This document shows positions 51,420-64,000 of a DNA stretch of 64,000 nucleotides, piece by piece. The translations under genes were made by a program, and so were the position numbers. Numbering within the stretch: the stretch's first letter is position 1; each line of letters opens with the position of its first letter. The stretch lies in contig NC_092345.1 in the NCBI RefSeq assembly GCF_963676685.1, positions 37,758,001 through 37,822,000 of the forward strand, given 5' to 3'. The notes under the pieces are model-generated. The model was not told the origin of the DNA. It saw only the letters and a list, made by a program, of their open reading frames with translations, and did no database searches. Source of the DNA: Mytilus edulis (lineage: Eukaryota).

Positions 51420-51732
51420 AAAAAGAAGATGTGGTATGATTGCCAATGAGACAACTCTCCACAAGAGACCAAAATGACACAGAAATAAACAACTATAGGT
51501 CATCGTACGGCGTTCAACAATGAGCAAAGCCCATACCGCATAGTCAGATATAAAAGGCCCCGAAATGACCATGTAAAACAATTCAAACGAGAAAACTAAC
51601 GGCCTTATTAATATATATAAAAATGAACGAAAAACAAATATGCAGTACAAAAACAAACGACAACCACTGAATTACAGGCTCCTCACTTGGGACAGGCACA
51701 TACATACAAAGTGTGGCGGGGTTAAACATGTT
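51420..51732 (+). repeat. Abundant interspersed repeat (best-preserved copy)
   Basis: aagatgtggtatgattgccaatgagacaactctccacaagagacc... Further copies are at ~4055, 8350-8605 (-), 19822, 30165, 31605, 48950, 54045 and 54880-55205 (-). It resembles a common Mytilus repeat as I recall it. Confidence 0.85.
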
Positions 51733-54700
51733 AAATGGTCTAAACATGTTAAATGGTCTTAAACATGTAAAACTATTACTCCTTCACCAAAAGATTCATT
51801 TCGGCAAATTTGGTGGTAATTTTAAGTATACGATGACACGAAAGGCACTATTCTTTTGTTAGGTAAGGGGTACTTTTGATATGTCCGAAATTGGTGGATG
51901 AATTGGTGGTCTGACACCTACATGAAGGACTTGGTAATTGATTTGTTTCTGTGTTACTAAACACATATCTCTTCTTTATAAACCCGCGCGACAGTCACAT
52001 TGATTTTTCTAATATTAAATACCAATGAGTGACTTTATATATACATAGATATGTTGAGACGGATTTTCTTAAGCATGAGCAAATAATTTCATTTCTAATT
52101 TGTTTTCCTACTTGTGTCAGGTGTATTTAAAAGCATTTAAATCCAGTCAACCAATATTTATATTTGTTGAAATCTTATCGATTTAAACACCTGTATAAAA
52201 GACAGGAAAGGTAAAATCGTTTACTTATAATTATATACAATATTCAATTTACATACTTGTTATAAATTACCACATTCATATCGTAAAACATGTTTAAAAC
52301 GAACATTTTCAGTCCTATTGCAGCAGATATTTTACTAGCAGAGACGACTAAGATTGTTCACTTTATTGTAGAGTGCCACTGCGATAAATTGCAGCTGAAT
52401 CAATGACATAACTCATCATCCAAGGAGAACCATGAAGCTGGATTTTAAATAATTACTTTAATTATTCTGCTCTAGAAGGGAATTATTGTGAAGATAAAAT
52501 GCGATCCGGAAACGTAAAAATCTGATCAGAAAATTGTAAAATTATTGGATAATTGGGACATGCAATCGTTCTGTGAAAGAAAGAAGGATATGTTAGAAGT
52601 TTCGAGCTTTGAAGCTTAGCTTTAAAACAACTTACCTTTTAAATGAGATAACAGGATGTTGGTTTTTTATCACTGTCTGCAGTCAAGTTTTGGCGTCTAG
52701 CAACGAGTAAAAGCGCATGCGTCGATTAAACTGAATTTCACCTTTCAAGTCTTTTTCATATATTAATATTGATCTGTTTAAATGACTACTGTAATGTGAA
52801 CGTGCAATTAAAAAGTATTATTTATTCTGAAAGAACTGTCAACCAAGTTAGAGCATGTAAAACATTAATTAGTTATCGACTGTTTAGTAACGGTACGATA
52901 ATCCTTTAATCTCATTGGATTTCCGATGTAATTTCTTTGGATGAAATTGATTTTATTTCTTTCACCTTGTTTGTATAGATTTTGAATATGCATGTTAAAA
53001 CATACATATTTCTTATCAACAGGTTAAATGCTTTGAGCTTGCTTTATGAAGTTGCTTTTATTATTAATACTGTATGATTTCCGGAAGCTTCTTTGAATTT
53101 CTGGTATCTGTAATAGAGTTCAGAGCTTTGAGTGCATTTATAGTTAAAGCAACATGTATTCAGATAAATCATCACATAACGATATGATACAATTGAAATA
53201 TTTATTTTGGATTCTGAAACAAGTAAATTTGCTATTATTGCTATGTCTCCTACTTCACAAATAATACACTTATTGAACAATACATAACTATAAAATCTAG
53301 AGCGCTCTGCAATAAATATATCAATATGAAAAAAGGTAAAAATACAATAGAGGGGCAAAAGAATAAACATTTTAAAATTGTTGTAATGTATACAGGGTAA
53401 ATGCTTTTGTTCTTATAAGAAAATGAAGCAGTAAAATCAAGGGTTAACCGTTTTCTTTTGATCATGTATTTCTGTACCAAACTAACTTGATAAATGAATA
53501 GTTTTACTCGTCTGAGAGTACCGTTGCACCCAAGAAGCAAATGTGTGTGTCAACTTGACAGGAAGAACTAAAACAGAATCTAGTAGTGCATGTCTAATAT
53601 CGCAGTCCCACTACGATCTGTAATAAAAATGAAAATTTTGACGATCGTAGTGATGTCTGAACAGCTGAGTTGTGTTCTAATCTACCTATAGACATATACA
53701 CCACGTTTTTGTCGCATATATGCAGCATGATCTTCTTAATTATCCTTAAATACCACTTGATATAGCTCAAGTTTTTTGTGGGGTCTTTACTTTTCTATGT
53801 TGTGTTTTGTGTACTGTTGTTTGTCTGTATGTGAGTTTGTCTTCTTCTTTTTCAGCCTTTGCGTTGTCAGTTTATTTTCGACTTGTGGTATCTTTTATCT
53901 CTCTTATACATAGTACACGTTTGAAATTTGGTTATCTCTCTTTTTACAAGAATACCTTACATTGAGCCAGATTTGTCTATTTTGAAATGTTGATTAACAC
54001 AGCTAACAAAATGACTACAACATCTAGTTTAGCATTACAAAATAAGGAGATGCGGTATGATTGCCAATGAGAAAACTATCAACCATAGTTCAAATGAAGT
54101 AGATGCAAGCAATAATAGGCAACCGTAAGGCCTTCAACAATGAGAAAACAAATACCGTATGGTCGGCTGTAAAAGGCCCTGATATGAAAATATGAAACAA
54201 TTCAATTGAGAAAACTAGCAGCCTATTTTTAATAATTTGAGGGTTCACATGTTTATTTTCGGGGCGTCTCAATTATTTGCATAGGCAGCATAATAGTACA
54301 CCCGAGTTTGCTCCCTTACGAATTTGATATACATCAATTGATTCATCAAATACGAGTAAAATCTTGTCATCGTGCGTACGTTTTTAGATGTTTTGAAACT
54401 ATAATTAAATTTGGAGGAAATAACACGTCATCCTTAGAAAGAGACTGACCAGTAGTTTCGAAATCAATGTTTTTGACTAATTGATTATATTTAATAAGAA
54501 AACGCAGTCAATTTATACATTCAACATGCAACATTGAAAGTTGCCTGAAAAAATATAAAACACCCAAAGACAGTTTGAACTTCTAACAAAGAAAGGTTAT
54601 CTGGATCATGGCTTATTTGTTTTAGATTGTCCTTGTTTGTACGTCACTGAATCTTGTGTTGTTTGTTGTAGTTTATCTTAGTTTGTACGTCATTTTAAAA

Positions 54701-56181
54701 CATCGTTTGATGCATTGATTCATGAATTTTTCATTAGTTCTGTATTTTTTTGTCTCTTTGTGTTCTTATAAGGGGTTTATATATTCTTTGCTACGTCCAG
54801 TACGTGTTTGTGTTAGATGTTGTTCAGCTTTGTATCGATCTGAACAGTTGAGACTTTTTAATTGATTTTTATAGTTTGAACTTATGTTGTGCTGTAACAG
54901 GTTAAGGGAAGGATTAAGCGCCCACACACATGTTTAACCTCGCCATACTATTTTTAGACTGTCCCAAGGTAGGAGCCTGTTGATAAGTGGTGGTCGAAGG
55001 TTCATGTCTGTTATATTTGTTTTTCGTGAACTGTTTTGTTATTTTATTCATTTGAATTGTTTCTTACGCTTTATGTCGGTGCATTCATTGTCGACAATAC
55101 AGTATATTTTTATCATTGTTAGACGCCGTATGGTTGCCTATGATTTTTTACATAGTTACATTTGAACTTTGGTTGATACTTGTCGCATTGGCAATCATAC
55201 CACATTTCCCCTATTATATGGATTTAGCTTATTGTCAAAAAATGTCACTTGCATGTAATTTAACACCAATCCAAATTTGTCTAGAGTGAATATAACTGGT
55301 CCTATATAATAGAGACACAAAGGATATGTGATATCCATCCATGCCACAAAATCAGTACAGCAAATAAAACACACAAAAAGCAAAGAAACAGCGCTATTAT
55401 ATATGTTATTCATCCTAAGTCACAGTCAGGCCAACAACACGAAGCAAAACAAATATCTCACCTCACTACAAGTTTAAGATGGCCCTTAGCAACCATATAT
55501 TTGTTTGTATTCAACATCACAAGTAAAACAATTGTTAATTTATGTAGTTTCAATGTTTGATTAATGTTTTTTTTTTTTCATTTACATTAAACTCCATAAA
55601 ACAACAACTTTTCTCAGTGTACTATATGCAAAACGCTCCATATTACAGAAAGGAATCTCTCTTCAAGTTTTCTTCATTTGTCTAGGAAATCATTATTCTG
55701 TTTCGAACTGCAGCAATTAGAAAATAAACAGAAATAACACATAAAAGAGATTAATATAAGTTGCAAAAACTTGTTTCCCAATCCACTATAAATAAATATG
55801 TTTAAACTAAACTATAAAAGAAAATCTGTTTATATCTATGAAATTAATTTCCTTATGTAGAAAATGGTAGATTAAACCTGGTTTTATAGCTATCTAATCC
55901 TGTCACTTGTACGACAGTCGCATAAAATTCGATTATATTGAAAATGTGTGTGAACAAAACAAACACATAATGGTCAAAAAAGGGGTGCTACAGTCAACAT
56001 TGTGGTATGATCTTAACCAATACAAAAACAAGCAAATATGTCAACAAAAATAAACAAAAAGGCATATAGACAAAGCGCATAAGCAAAAAACGAAAGACAA
56101 GAATACAAAACTTTACCAATAGCACAATAACACAATGACGGTATCTACAAGTACCGAGCCACGACAAGACCATCGTGTATT

Positions 56182-59100
56182 CAATTTCAGTTGATAGATT
56201 CTTGTTTACCAAACCAATGATCGGTGACGAACACGTTTGAAATAAAACAATGATGGATTTATGTATTTTTAGTGTTTAATGCCACTTTAATCAGTATGCA
56301 AACAGTGATTTTTATTATGGGGAAATACCAAAAAATCGAGAGAAAAAATAAATAATTGCCGGTAGCATGAGTCAAGTGAATAGTTCATTCATACATATAT
56401 TTTGTCGCTGGGATGATGTCTCATTGAAGGAAACTCGCATCTCTTTTTAACGTCAAACTTGAACAAGTCTTTTGGTTATTTTTGTCGGTAGGATGCGGCT
56501 CATTGACGTTTACACCACACTTGTATTTGATGGACATTGTAAATTTTCAAACATGCAGTTAAGGTGTTATTTCATATCTGATAAACGATGAAGAGGATAT
56601 AAAAGGACTTAGGCAGCAACCATTTGATTTTCTGGGGGGGGGGGGGGGGGGGGGGCTATGGTTTTTTTTTTCTGGACAAATTATTTTTTTCGCCTGCGGC
56701 GAAAAACAATCTATTTTTTTCGCGACAACTCGAAAACAATTTTTTTCTTTCAATTTTAGCATTACATATGGTGGCAGCTGAGGGTGAAACAAACAATTTT
56801 TTTTTCTCAGAATCAAAAACAAATTATTTTTTTCTCCAAAAACTGGAAACAAACTTTTTTTTCCAAAAAAAACCATAGCCCCCCCCCAGAAAATCAAATG
56901 GTTGCTGCCTTAATAGAAAAGAGAAGAAATGATATTATTTTAAAATAAAAATGACCTGTTTGGTCGCTCGTATTTCGGTTGTCTATTAATATAGTTCCTG
57001 TCATTTTTATGAATGTGAACTATAAGTACTGTGTCTTTTAGGGGGACATCAATGGCTTAAAATGATTAGTTATGCTATTTTTTTTATAAGGAAGATTATC
57101 ATCATTTTTTAAACATTATTTTTTTTCAGATGTAATTGTGGATTACAGTGTCAGATTTGTAAGGATGGCAAATCTGTCTATTTTAACAACTGAAATAGAA
57201 AATCGTAGGTTGAAAATGCGACTTTTCCAATGTGTCTATTGACTCCATTTAAATATCTAAGCAGTTCAAATATGTTAACAGTCGAGTATATGTCAAGATG
57301 CTCAAGAGATTTTCAACTTTGTATTCATTTAGTAACTTTATACCTCAAATGTGTGAAACCAAAAAATATGTCTTCACTGGGAACTCTGGAGCTGAAACAT
57401 GAAGACTTCAGTTTAGCAGGGACGTAACTCTAAGGCTAGTTTTTGGTCATTTTTGCACATAGAAAATTTACAGAAACAGTTAGTGTAAAACTGTTGTGCT
57501 TCACGACGACGTGTCTTCTTAACTACAGAATGATGCATTGAAATAGAGACTGCGCGATACATTCACAGAATTTTGGAAAATTTTCGACATATAAAACACC
57601 CTTTCCTTTTGAAAATAACAATTCTATATATTATGGTGTCGACCTAAAGTTGCAAGACAAGTTTACTTTAACTTTGAAAAGTTTAACTTTAGTATAGACT
57701 TATAAACAAAATGTCACCACACTTAAACTGTGATGGACACAAAGACCTTAAAAAGCAGGTCCTACCTATATTAAATTTTGTCCTACCAACCCTTTATACA
57801 CTTCTTTTCCATTTACTGTTTTTTTTTTTATTTTAATAAAGTTGATTGACATTTTTATCATACTTCGGGTTTATAAGTATCTTTTGTTAGAGGTATTGAA
57901 GAAATCATTAATTTCCCTGAAACTGTTTCATGACCAGCGGCAAATATTACAGTCATAATGTAAAAGATACAATAGTAACAAGTTTGTGATGTAAAAGATT
58001 GCCCTAGTAAAATAACAATTTCAGTTGATAGATTCTTGTTTACCAAACCAATGATCGGTGACGAACACGTTTGAAATAAAACAATGATGGATTTATGTAT
58101 TTTTAGTGTTTAATGCCACTTTAATCAGTATGCAAACAGTGATTTTTATTATGGGGAAATACCAAAAAATCGAGAGAAAAAATAAATAATTGCCGGTAGC
58201 ATGAGTCAAGTGAATAGTTCATTCATACATATATTTTGTCGCTGGGATGATGTCTCATTGAAGGAAACTCGCATCTCTTTTTAACGTCAAACTTGAACAA
58301 GTCTTTTGGTTATTTTTGTCGGTAGGATGCGGCTCATTGACGTTTACACCACACTTGTATTTGATGGACATTGTAAATTTTCAAACATGCAGTTAAGGTG
58401 TTATTTCATATCTGATAAACGATGAAGAGGATAAAAGGACTTAAACGAAAAGAGAAGAAATGATATTATTTTAAAATAAAAATGACCTGTTTGGTCGCTC
58501 GTATTTCGGTTGTCTATTAATATAGTTCCTGTCTTTTTTATGAATGTGAACTATAAGTACTGTGTCTTTTAGGGGGACATCAATGGCTTAAAATGATTAG
58601 TTATGCTATTTTTTTTTTAAGGAAGATTATCATCATTTTTTAAACATTATTTTTTTCAGATGTAATTGTGGATTACAGTGTCAGATTTGTAAGGATGGCA
58701 AATCTGTCTATTTTAACAACTGAAATAGAAAATCGTAGGTTGAAAATGCGACTTTTCCAATGTGTCTATTGACTCCATTTAAATATCTAAGCAGTTCAAA
58801 TATGTTAACAGTCGAGTATATGTCAAGATGCTCAAGAGATTTTCAACTTTGTATTCATTTAGTAACTTTATACCTCAAATGTGTGAAACCAAAAAATATG
58901 TCTTCACTGGGAACTCTGGAGCTGAAACATGAAGACTTCAGTTTAGCAGGGACGTAACTCTAAGGCTAGTTTTTGATCATTTTTGCACATAGAAAATTTA
59001 AAGAAACAGTTAGTGTAAAACTGTTGTGCTTCACGACGACGTGTCTTCTTAACTACAGAATGATGCATTGAAATAGAGACTGCGCGATACATTCACAGAA

Positions 59101-62100
59101 TTTTGGAAAATTTTCGACATATAAAACACCCTTTCCTTTTGAAAATAACAATTCTATATATTATGGTGTCGACCTAAAGTTGTAAGACAAGTTTACTTTA
59201 CTTTGAAAAGTTTAAATTAGTATAGACTTATAAACAAAAGGTCACCACACTTAAACTGTGATGGACACAAAGACCTTAAAAAGCAGGTCCTACCTATATT
59301 ATTTTTTGTCCTACCAACCCTTTATACACTTCTTTTCCATTTACTGTTTTTTTTTTCATTTTAATAAAGTTGATGACATTTTTATCATACTTCGGGTTTA
59401 TAAGTATCTTTTGTTAGAGGTATTGAAGAAATCATTAATTTCCCTGAAACTGTTTCATGACCAGCGGCAAATATTACAGTCATAATGTAAAAGATACAAT
59501 AGTAACAAGTTTGTGATGTAAAAGATTGCCCTAGTAAAATAACAATTTCAGTTGATAGATTCTTGTTTACCAAACCAATGATCGGTGACGAACACGTTTG
59601 AAATAAAACAATGATGGATTTATGTATTTTTAGTGTTTAATGCCACTTTAATCAGTATGCAAACAGTGATTTTTATTATGGGGAAATACCAAAAAATCGA
59701 GAGAAAAAATAAATAATTGCCGGTAGCATGAGTCAAGTGAATAGTTCATTCATACATATATTTTGTCGCTGGGATGATGTCTCATTGAAGGAAACTCGCA
59801 TCTCTTTTTAACGTCAAACTTGAACAAGTCTTTTGGTTATTTTTGTCGGTATAGGATGCGGCTCATTGACGTTTACATCACACTTGTATTTGATGGACAT
59901 TGTAAACTTTCAAACATGCAGTTAAGGTGTTATTTCATATCTGATAAACGATGAGAGGATATAAAAGGACCTAATAGAAAAGAGAAGAAATGATATTATT
60001 TTAAAATAAAAATGACCTGTTTGGTAGCTCGTATTTCGGTTGTCTATAAATATAGTTCCTGTCATTTTTATGAATGTGAACTATAAGTACTGTGTCTTTT
60101 AGGGGGACATCAATGGCTTAAAATGATTAGTTATGCTATTTTTTTTATAAGGAAGATTATCATCATTTTTTAAACATTATTTTTTTTCAGATGTAATTGT
60201 GGATTACAGTGTCAGATTTGTAAGGATGGCAAATCTGTCTATTTTAACAACTGAAATAGAAAATCGTAGGTTGAAAATGCGACTTTTCCAATGTGTCTAT
60301 TGACTCCATTTAAATATCTAAGCAGTTCAAATATGTTAACAGTCGAGTATATGTCAAGATGCTCAAGAGATTTTCAACTTTGTATTCATTTAGTAACTTT
60401 ATACCTCAAATGTGTGAAACCAAAAAATATGTCTTCACTGGGAACTCTGGAGCTGAAACATGAAGACTTCAGTTTAGCAGGGACGTAACTCTAAGGCTAG
60501 TTTTTGGTCATTTTTGCACATAGAAAATTTACAGAAACAGTTAGTGTAAAACTGTTGTGCTTCACGACGACGTGTCTTCTTAACTACAGAATGATGCATT
60601 GAAATAGAGACTGCGCGACACATTCACAGAATTTTGGAAAATTTTCGACATATAAAACACCCTTTCCTTTTGAAAATAACAATTCTATATATTATGGTGT
60701 CGACCTAAAGTTGTAAGACAAGTTTACTTGAACTTTGAAAAGTCTAACTTAGTATAGACTTATAAACAAAAGGTCACCACACTTAAACTGTGATGGACAC
60801 AAAGACCTTAAAAAGCAGGTCCTACCTATATTATTTTTTGTCCTACCAACCCTTTATACACTTCTTTTCCATTTACTGTTTTTTTTTTTATTTTAATAAA
60901 GTTGATTGACATTTTTATCATACTTCGGGTTTATAAGTATCTTTTGTTAGAGGTATTGAAGAAATCATTAATTTCCCTGAAACTGTTTCATGACCAGCGG
61001 CAAATATTACAGTCATAATGTAAAAGATGCAATAGTAACAAGTTTGTGATGTAAAAGATTGCCCTAGTAAAATAACAATTTCAGTTGATAGATTCTTGTT
61101 TACCAAACCAATGATCGGTGACGAACACGTTTGAAATAAAACAATGATGGATTTATGTATTTTTAGTGTTTAATGCCACTTTAATCAGTATGCAAACAGT
61201 GATTTTTATTATGGGGAAATACCAAAAAATCGAGAGAAAAAATAAATAATTGCCGGTAGCATGAGTCAAGTGAATAGTTCATTCATACATATATTTTGTC
61301 GCTGGGATGATGTCTCATTGAAGGAAACTCGCATCTCTTTTTAACGTCAAACTTGAACAAGTCTTTTGGTTATTTTTGTCGGTAGGATGCGGCTCATTGA
61401 CGTTTACACCACACTTGTATTTGATGGACATTGTAAATTTTCAAACATGCAGTTAAGGTGTTATTTCATATCTGATAAACGATGAAGAGGATATAAAAGG
61501 ACCTAATAGAAAAGAGAAGAAATGATATTATTTTAAAATAAAAATGACCTGTTTGGTCGCTCGTATTTCGGTTGTCTATAAATATAGTTCCTGTCATTTT
61601 TATGAATGTGAACTATAAGTACTGTGTCTTTTAGGGGGTCATCAATGGCTTAAAATGATTAGTTATGCTAATTTTTTTTATAAGGAAGATTATCATCATT
61701 TTTTAAACATTATTTTTTTTCAGATGTAATTGTGGATTACAGTGTCAGATTTGTAAGGATGGCAAATCTGTCTATTTTAACAACTGAAATAGAAAATCGT
61801 AGGTTGAAAATGCGACTTTTCCAATGTGTCTATTGACTCCATTTAAATATCAAGCAGTTCAAATATGTTAACAGTCGAGTATATGTCAAGATGCTCAAGA
61901 GATTTTCAACTTTGTATTCATTTAGTAACTTTATACCTCAAATGTGTGAAACCAAAAAATATGTCTTCACTGGGAACTCTGGAGTTGAAACACGAAGACT
62001 TCAGTTTAGCAGGGACGTAACTCTAAGGCTAGTTTTTGGTCATTTTTGCACATAGAAAATTTACAGAAACAGTTAGTGTAAAACTGTTGTGCTTCACGAC

Positions 62101-62328
62101 GACGTGTCTTCTTAACTACAGAATGATGCATTGAAAAAGAGACTGCGCGATACATTCACAGAATTTTGGAAAATTTTCGACATATAAAACACCCTTTCCT
62201 TTTGAAAATAACAATTCTATATATTATGGTGTCGACCTAAAGTTGTAAGACAAGTTTACTTTAACTTTGAAAAGTTTAACTTAGTATAGACTTATAAACA
62301 AAAGGTCACCACACTTAAACTGTGATGG
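56182..62328. repeat. Tandem array of ~1.53-kb units (3 full and 1 interrupted)
   Basis: Units start at 56182, 58016, 59543 and 61076 and are nearly identical, with the same spurious ORFs recurring. The fourth is cut at 62328. Confidence 0.97.
56612..56909. mobile_element. Tourist/Harbinger-type MITE in array unit 1
   Basis: Perfect TIR GGCAGCAACCATTTGATTTTCTGGGGGGG and TTA target duplication. The empty site is visible in units 2-4. Confidence 0.92.
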
Positions 62329-62628
62329 GATTGATTTTCGAACGCACTAATCAATAGGATGTTTACATTGTGAGGTCCGGGAATTTTTTCTATTTTGGTG
62401 AGTTAAAAGCCAAATTGTTGATGAAAAACTTGTACAATATCTTTATTTTGTGACATTGATGTGTAAAATATAAGGAATTAGTTGAAATACAGACTTTTTA
62501 ACCCCTTATTCCTGCTTTTGTTGTGCAGGATAAGGGGGGTGTTTCGGTGCGCCTGACTTTGACATTAGGGTTTAACCTATAACCAATCAGTTGTAAAGGG
62601 TGCGTTCTGATAAACACCTATAGTGATA

Positions 62629-64000
62629 ATGCAGAATAATAAATTAAAACAGAGTTCAGAAAGGACAAAAGATGTATCAGGAGGACAAAAAAAGTCGCTA
62701 CGATATGTTCATAGACTCGATAGACATTATAAGAAAGAATGTACTCTTCATGTACATGACATACCAAACACATCCTTTAATGCTGAAACTGTGATAGAGA
62801 CAGTGGAAAAGATATGTGGAGAGAACACAGTTTTAGCTGTTGTTCCAGTTGATAACAATAATGGTTATGAAATAACAACAGATTCGGAAGAGAGTGCTTG
62901 GCAACTGACAAATGGACTTAAGATTGATAATGAAAATTTTGAATGTACATTGCAATTTAATCAAATTGTAGTTGTGTCATTTATTTACTTACCTGCTTAT
63001 ATTGAAGATCAAGATATCATTGACGCTCTAGAAATTAGAAATTGTGAGATAAAATCGAGTGTTTTCAGGCATGTTCATCCTAAAACACAAGTAGCCGATG
63101 GTACGAGGTATGTGCATGTAAAATTTCCACCTACGCTTGTATCTTTACCATGGAGTATGAAATTCAAAACTGTTAGCGGAGATAGATACTTTAGAGTGAT
63201 GCATGATAAACAAAAGTCACTTTGTAATAAGTGTGGATCGCCTTATCACAAATACAGAAAATGTCCACAGTTAGTGTGTGATGGGTGTGACGAACAAGGT
63301 CACAAAATGAGGGAATGCAAGGCGCCCAAATGTGAAACTTGTCGGAGTCTGCCTTCGAAATGTTGGTGTGGAAAAATTGACAAAATTTGTCCATATTGTA
63401 GAAAAGAACCGTGCGTTTGTGCTTGTGAAGGATGTAAGTTAGCCTTCAATCTCTGCAAATGCGGCACTGACAACACGGATAGAGATTTGACGAAAGAAAC
63501 GACAGACACTAATGAAAATGGGACTGATAAAGAAAGTGATATGAATGTGGGTAAAAAGAAGGAAAATGTTGAGCGGAAAAAAAGAAAATCAGAAAATGTC
63601 GATGAAAATGTGAAGCAGGCTAAAATTAAAACTGTGGAAGCAGATAACAACGACCATACTAGTAATGAGGATGATGAAATCGTCGAGGTTAATGGAGATG
63701 ACAATGATCAGATGATGAGTGAAAACAATAAAGATGGTGATACTGACATTTTAAACTTAGAAGCAAACACTTGTGAAGAGGATGATAACGTGGTGAATGG
63801 TGACGTGGTGGATGGTGACGCAGTGAATGATGACAAAGCGAATAGTGACGTGGTGAATGGTGAAGTAGTGAATGGAGGAATTGAGAATGGTGAAGTTGTG
63901 AATGATGAAGTGGTTAATGGTAAAGTGGTAAATGGTAAAGTGGTGAATGGTGAAGTGGTGAATGGTAAAGTGGTAAATGGTAAAGTGGTAAATGGTAAAG
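62629..64000 (+). CDS. Tx1-type ORF1 protein (RRM-like region and CCHC knuckles), runs off the window
   Basis: Open for 457 codons from ATG 62629; absent from the ORF track because it has no stop in the window. Motifs VVVSFIYLPAYIEDQDI, VADGTRYVHVKFP, SLPWSMKF and YFRVMHDKQ; knuckles CNKCGSPYHKYRKC and CDGCDEQGHKMREC. Confidence 0.88.
   Translation, partial: MQNNKLKQSSERTKDVSGGQKKSLRYVHRLDRHYKKECTLHVHDIPNTSFNAETVIETVEKICGENTVLAVVPVDNNNGYEITTDSEESAWQLTNGLKIDNENFECTLQFNQIVVVSFIYLPAYIEDQDIIDALEIRNCEIKSSVFRHVHPKTQVADGTRYVHVKFPPTLVSLPWSMKFKTVSGDRYFRVMHDKQKSLCNKCGSPYHKYRKCPQLVCDGCDEQGHKMRECKAPKCETCRSLPSKCWCGKIDKICPYCRKEPCVCACEGCKLAFNLCKCGTDNTDRDLTKETTDTNENGTDKESDMNVGKKKENVERKKRKSENVDENVKQAKIKTVEADNNDHTSNEDDEIVEVNGDDNDQMMSENNKDGDTDILNLEANTCEEDDNVVNGDVVDGDAVNDDKANSDVVNGEVVNGGIENGEVVNDEVVNGKVVNGKVVNGEVVNGKVVNGKVVNGK
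63790..64000 (+). repeat. 15-bp coding minisatellite encoding (VVNG[K/E/D])n
   Basis: Unit gtggtaaatggtaaa, in frame within ORF1. Confidence 0.9.

Larger units (their letters stand above)
62329..64000 (+). mobile_element. 5' end of a Tx1-clade (L1-group) non-LTR retrotransposon
   Basis: Abrupt switch from array sequence at 62328, ~300-nt 5' UTR, then ORF1. Confidence 0.8.

Noticed and set aside
57560-57590. Sm-site-like AATTTTGG in each array unit, suggesting an snRNA or spliced-leader RNA
   Set aside because: No recognisable snRNA or SL sequence, splice donor or flanking stem-loops. The motif is expected by chance in AT-rich DNA.
57230-61106. Identical 65-aa and 62-aa ORFs recurring in the tandem array
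   Set aside because: They recur only because the units are near-identical. They have no recognisable domain, and the 65-aa ORF is frameshifted in unit 4.
63191-63704. Minus-strand ORFs of 67 and 134 aa
   Set aside because: Antisense shadows of the plus-strand Tx1 ORF1.

Overview
AT-rich, intron-containing animal DNA. The repeat landscape suggests a bivalve such as Mytilus, but that is my inference. Most ORFs in the supplied track are spurious; the real genes are spliced and I rebuilt them by hand from GT-AG sites. Host genes: (1) the last 20 codons of a PhyH-family dioxygenase on + at 1-65; (2) a minus-strand gene with two degenerate SUEL/rhamnose-lectin-like domains plus a short-chain collagen C4-type cysteine domain (7814-11796, 5' end unresolved); (3) a complete 9-exon, 286-aa PhyH/L-proline-4-hydroxylase-like Fe(II)/2OG dioxygenase (- strand, 19260-42777); (4) a 3-exon, 300-aa NmrA-like protein with a degenerate dinucleotide-binding motif (46539-50148). 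The 15.5-kb second intron of gene 3 holds a complete two-gene PIF/Harbinger-type transposon and a 3'-truncated Gypsy LTR retrotransposon with a tRNA-Lys PBS and a -1 frameshift signal. The window ends with a ~1.53-kb x4 tandem array interrupted by the 5' end and ORF1 of a Tx1-clade non-LTR retrotransposon, a candidate for a new target-site specificity. The rest is Helitrons, MITEs, SINEs, a Penelope-like RT relic and short tandem repeats.
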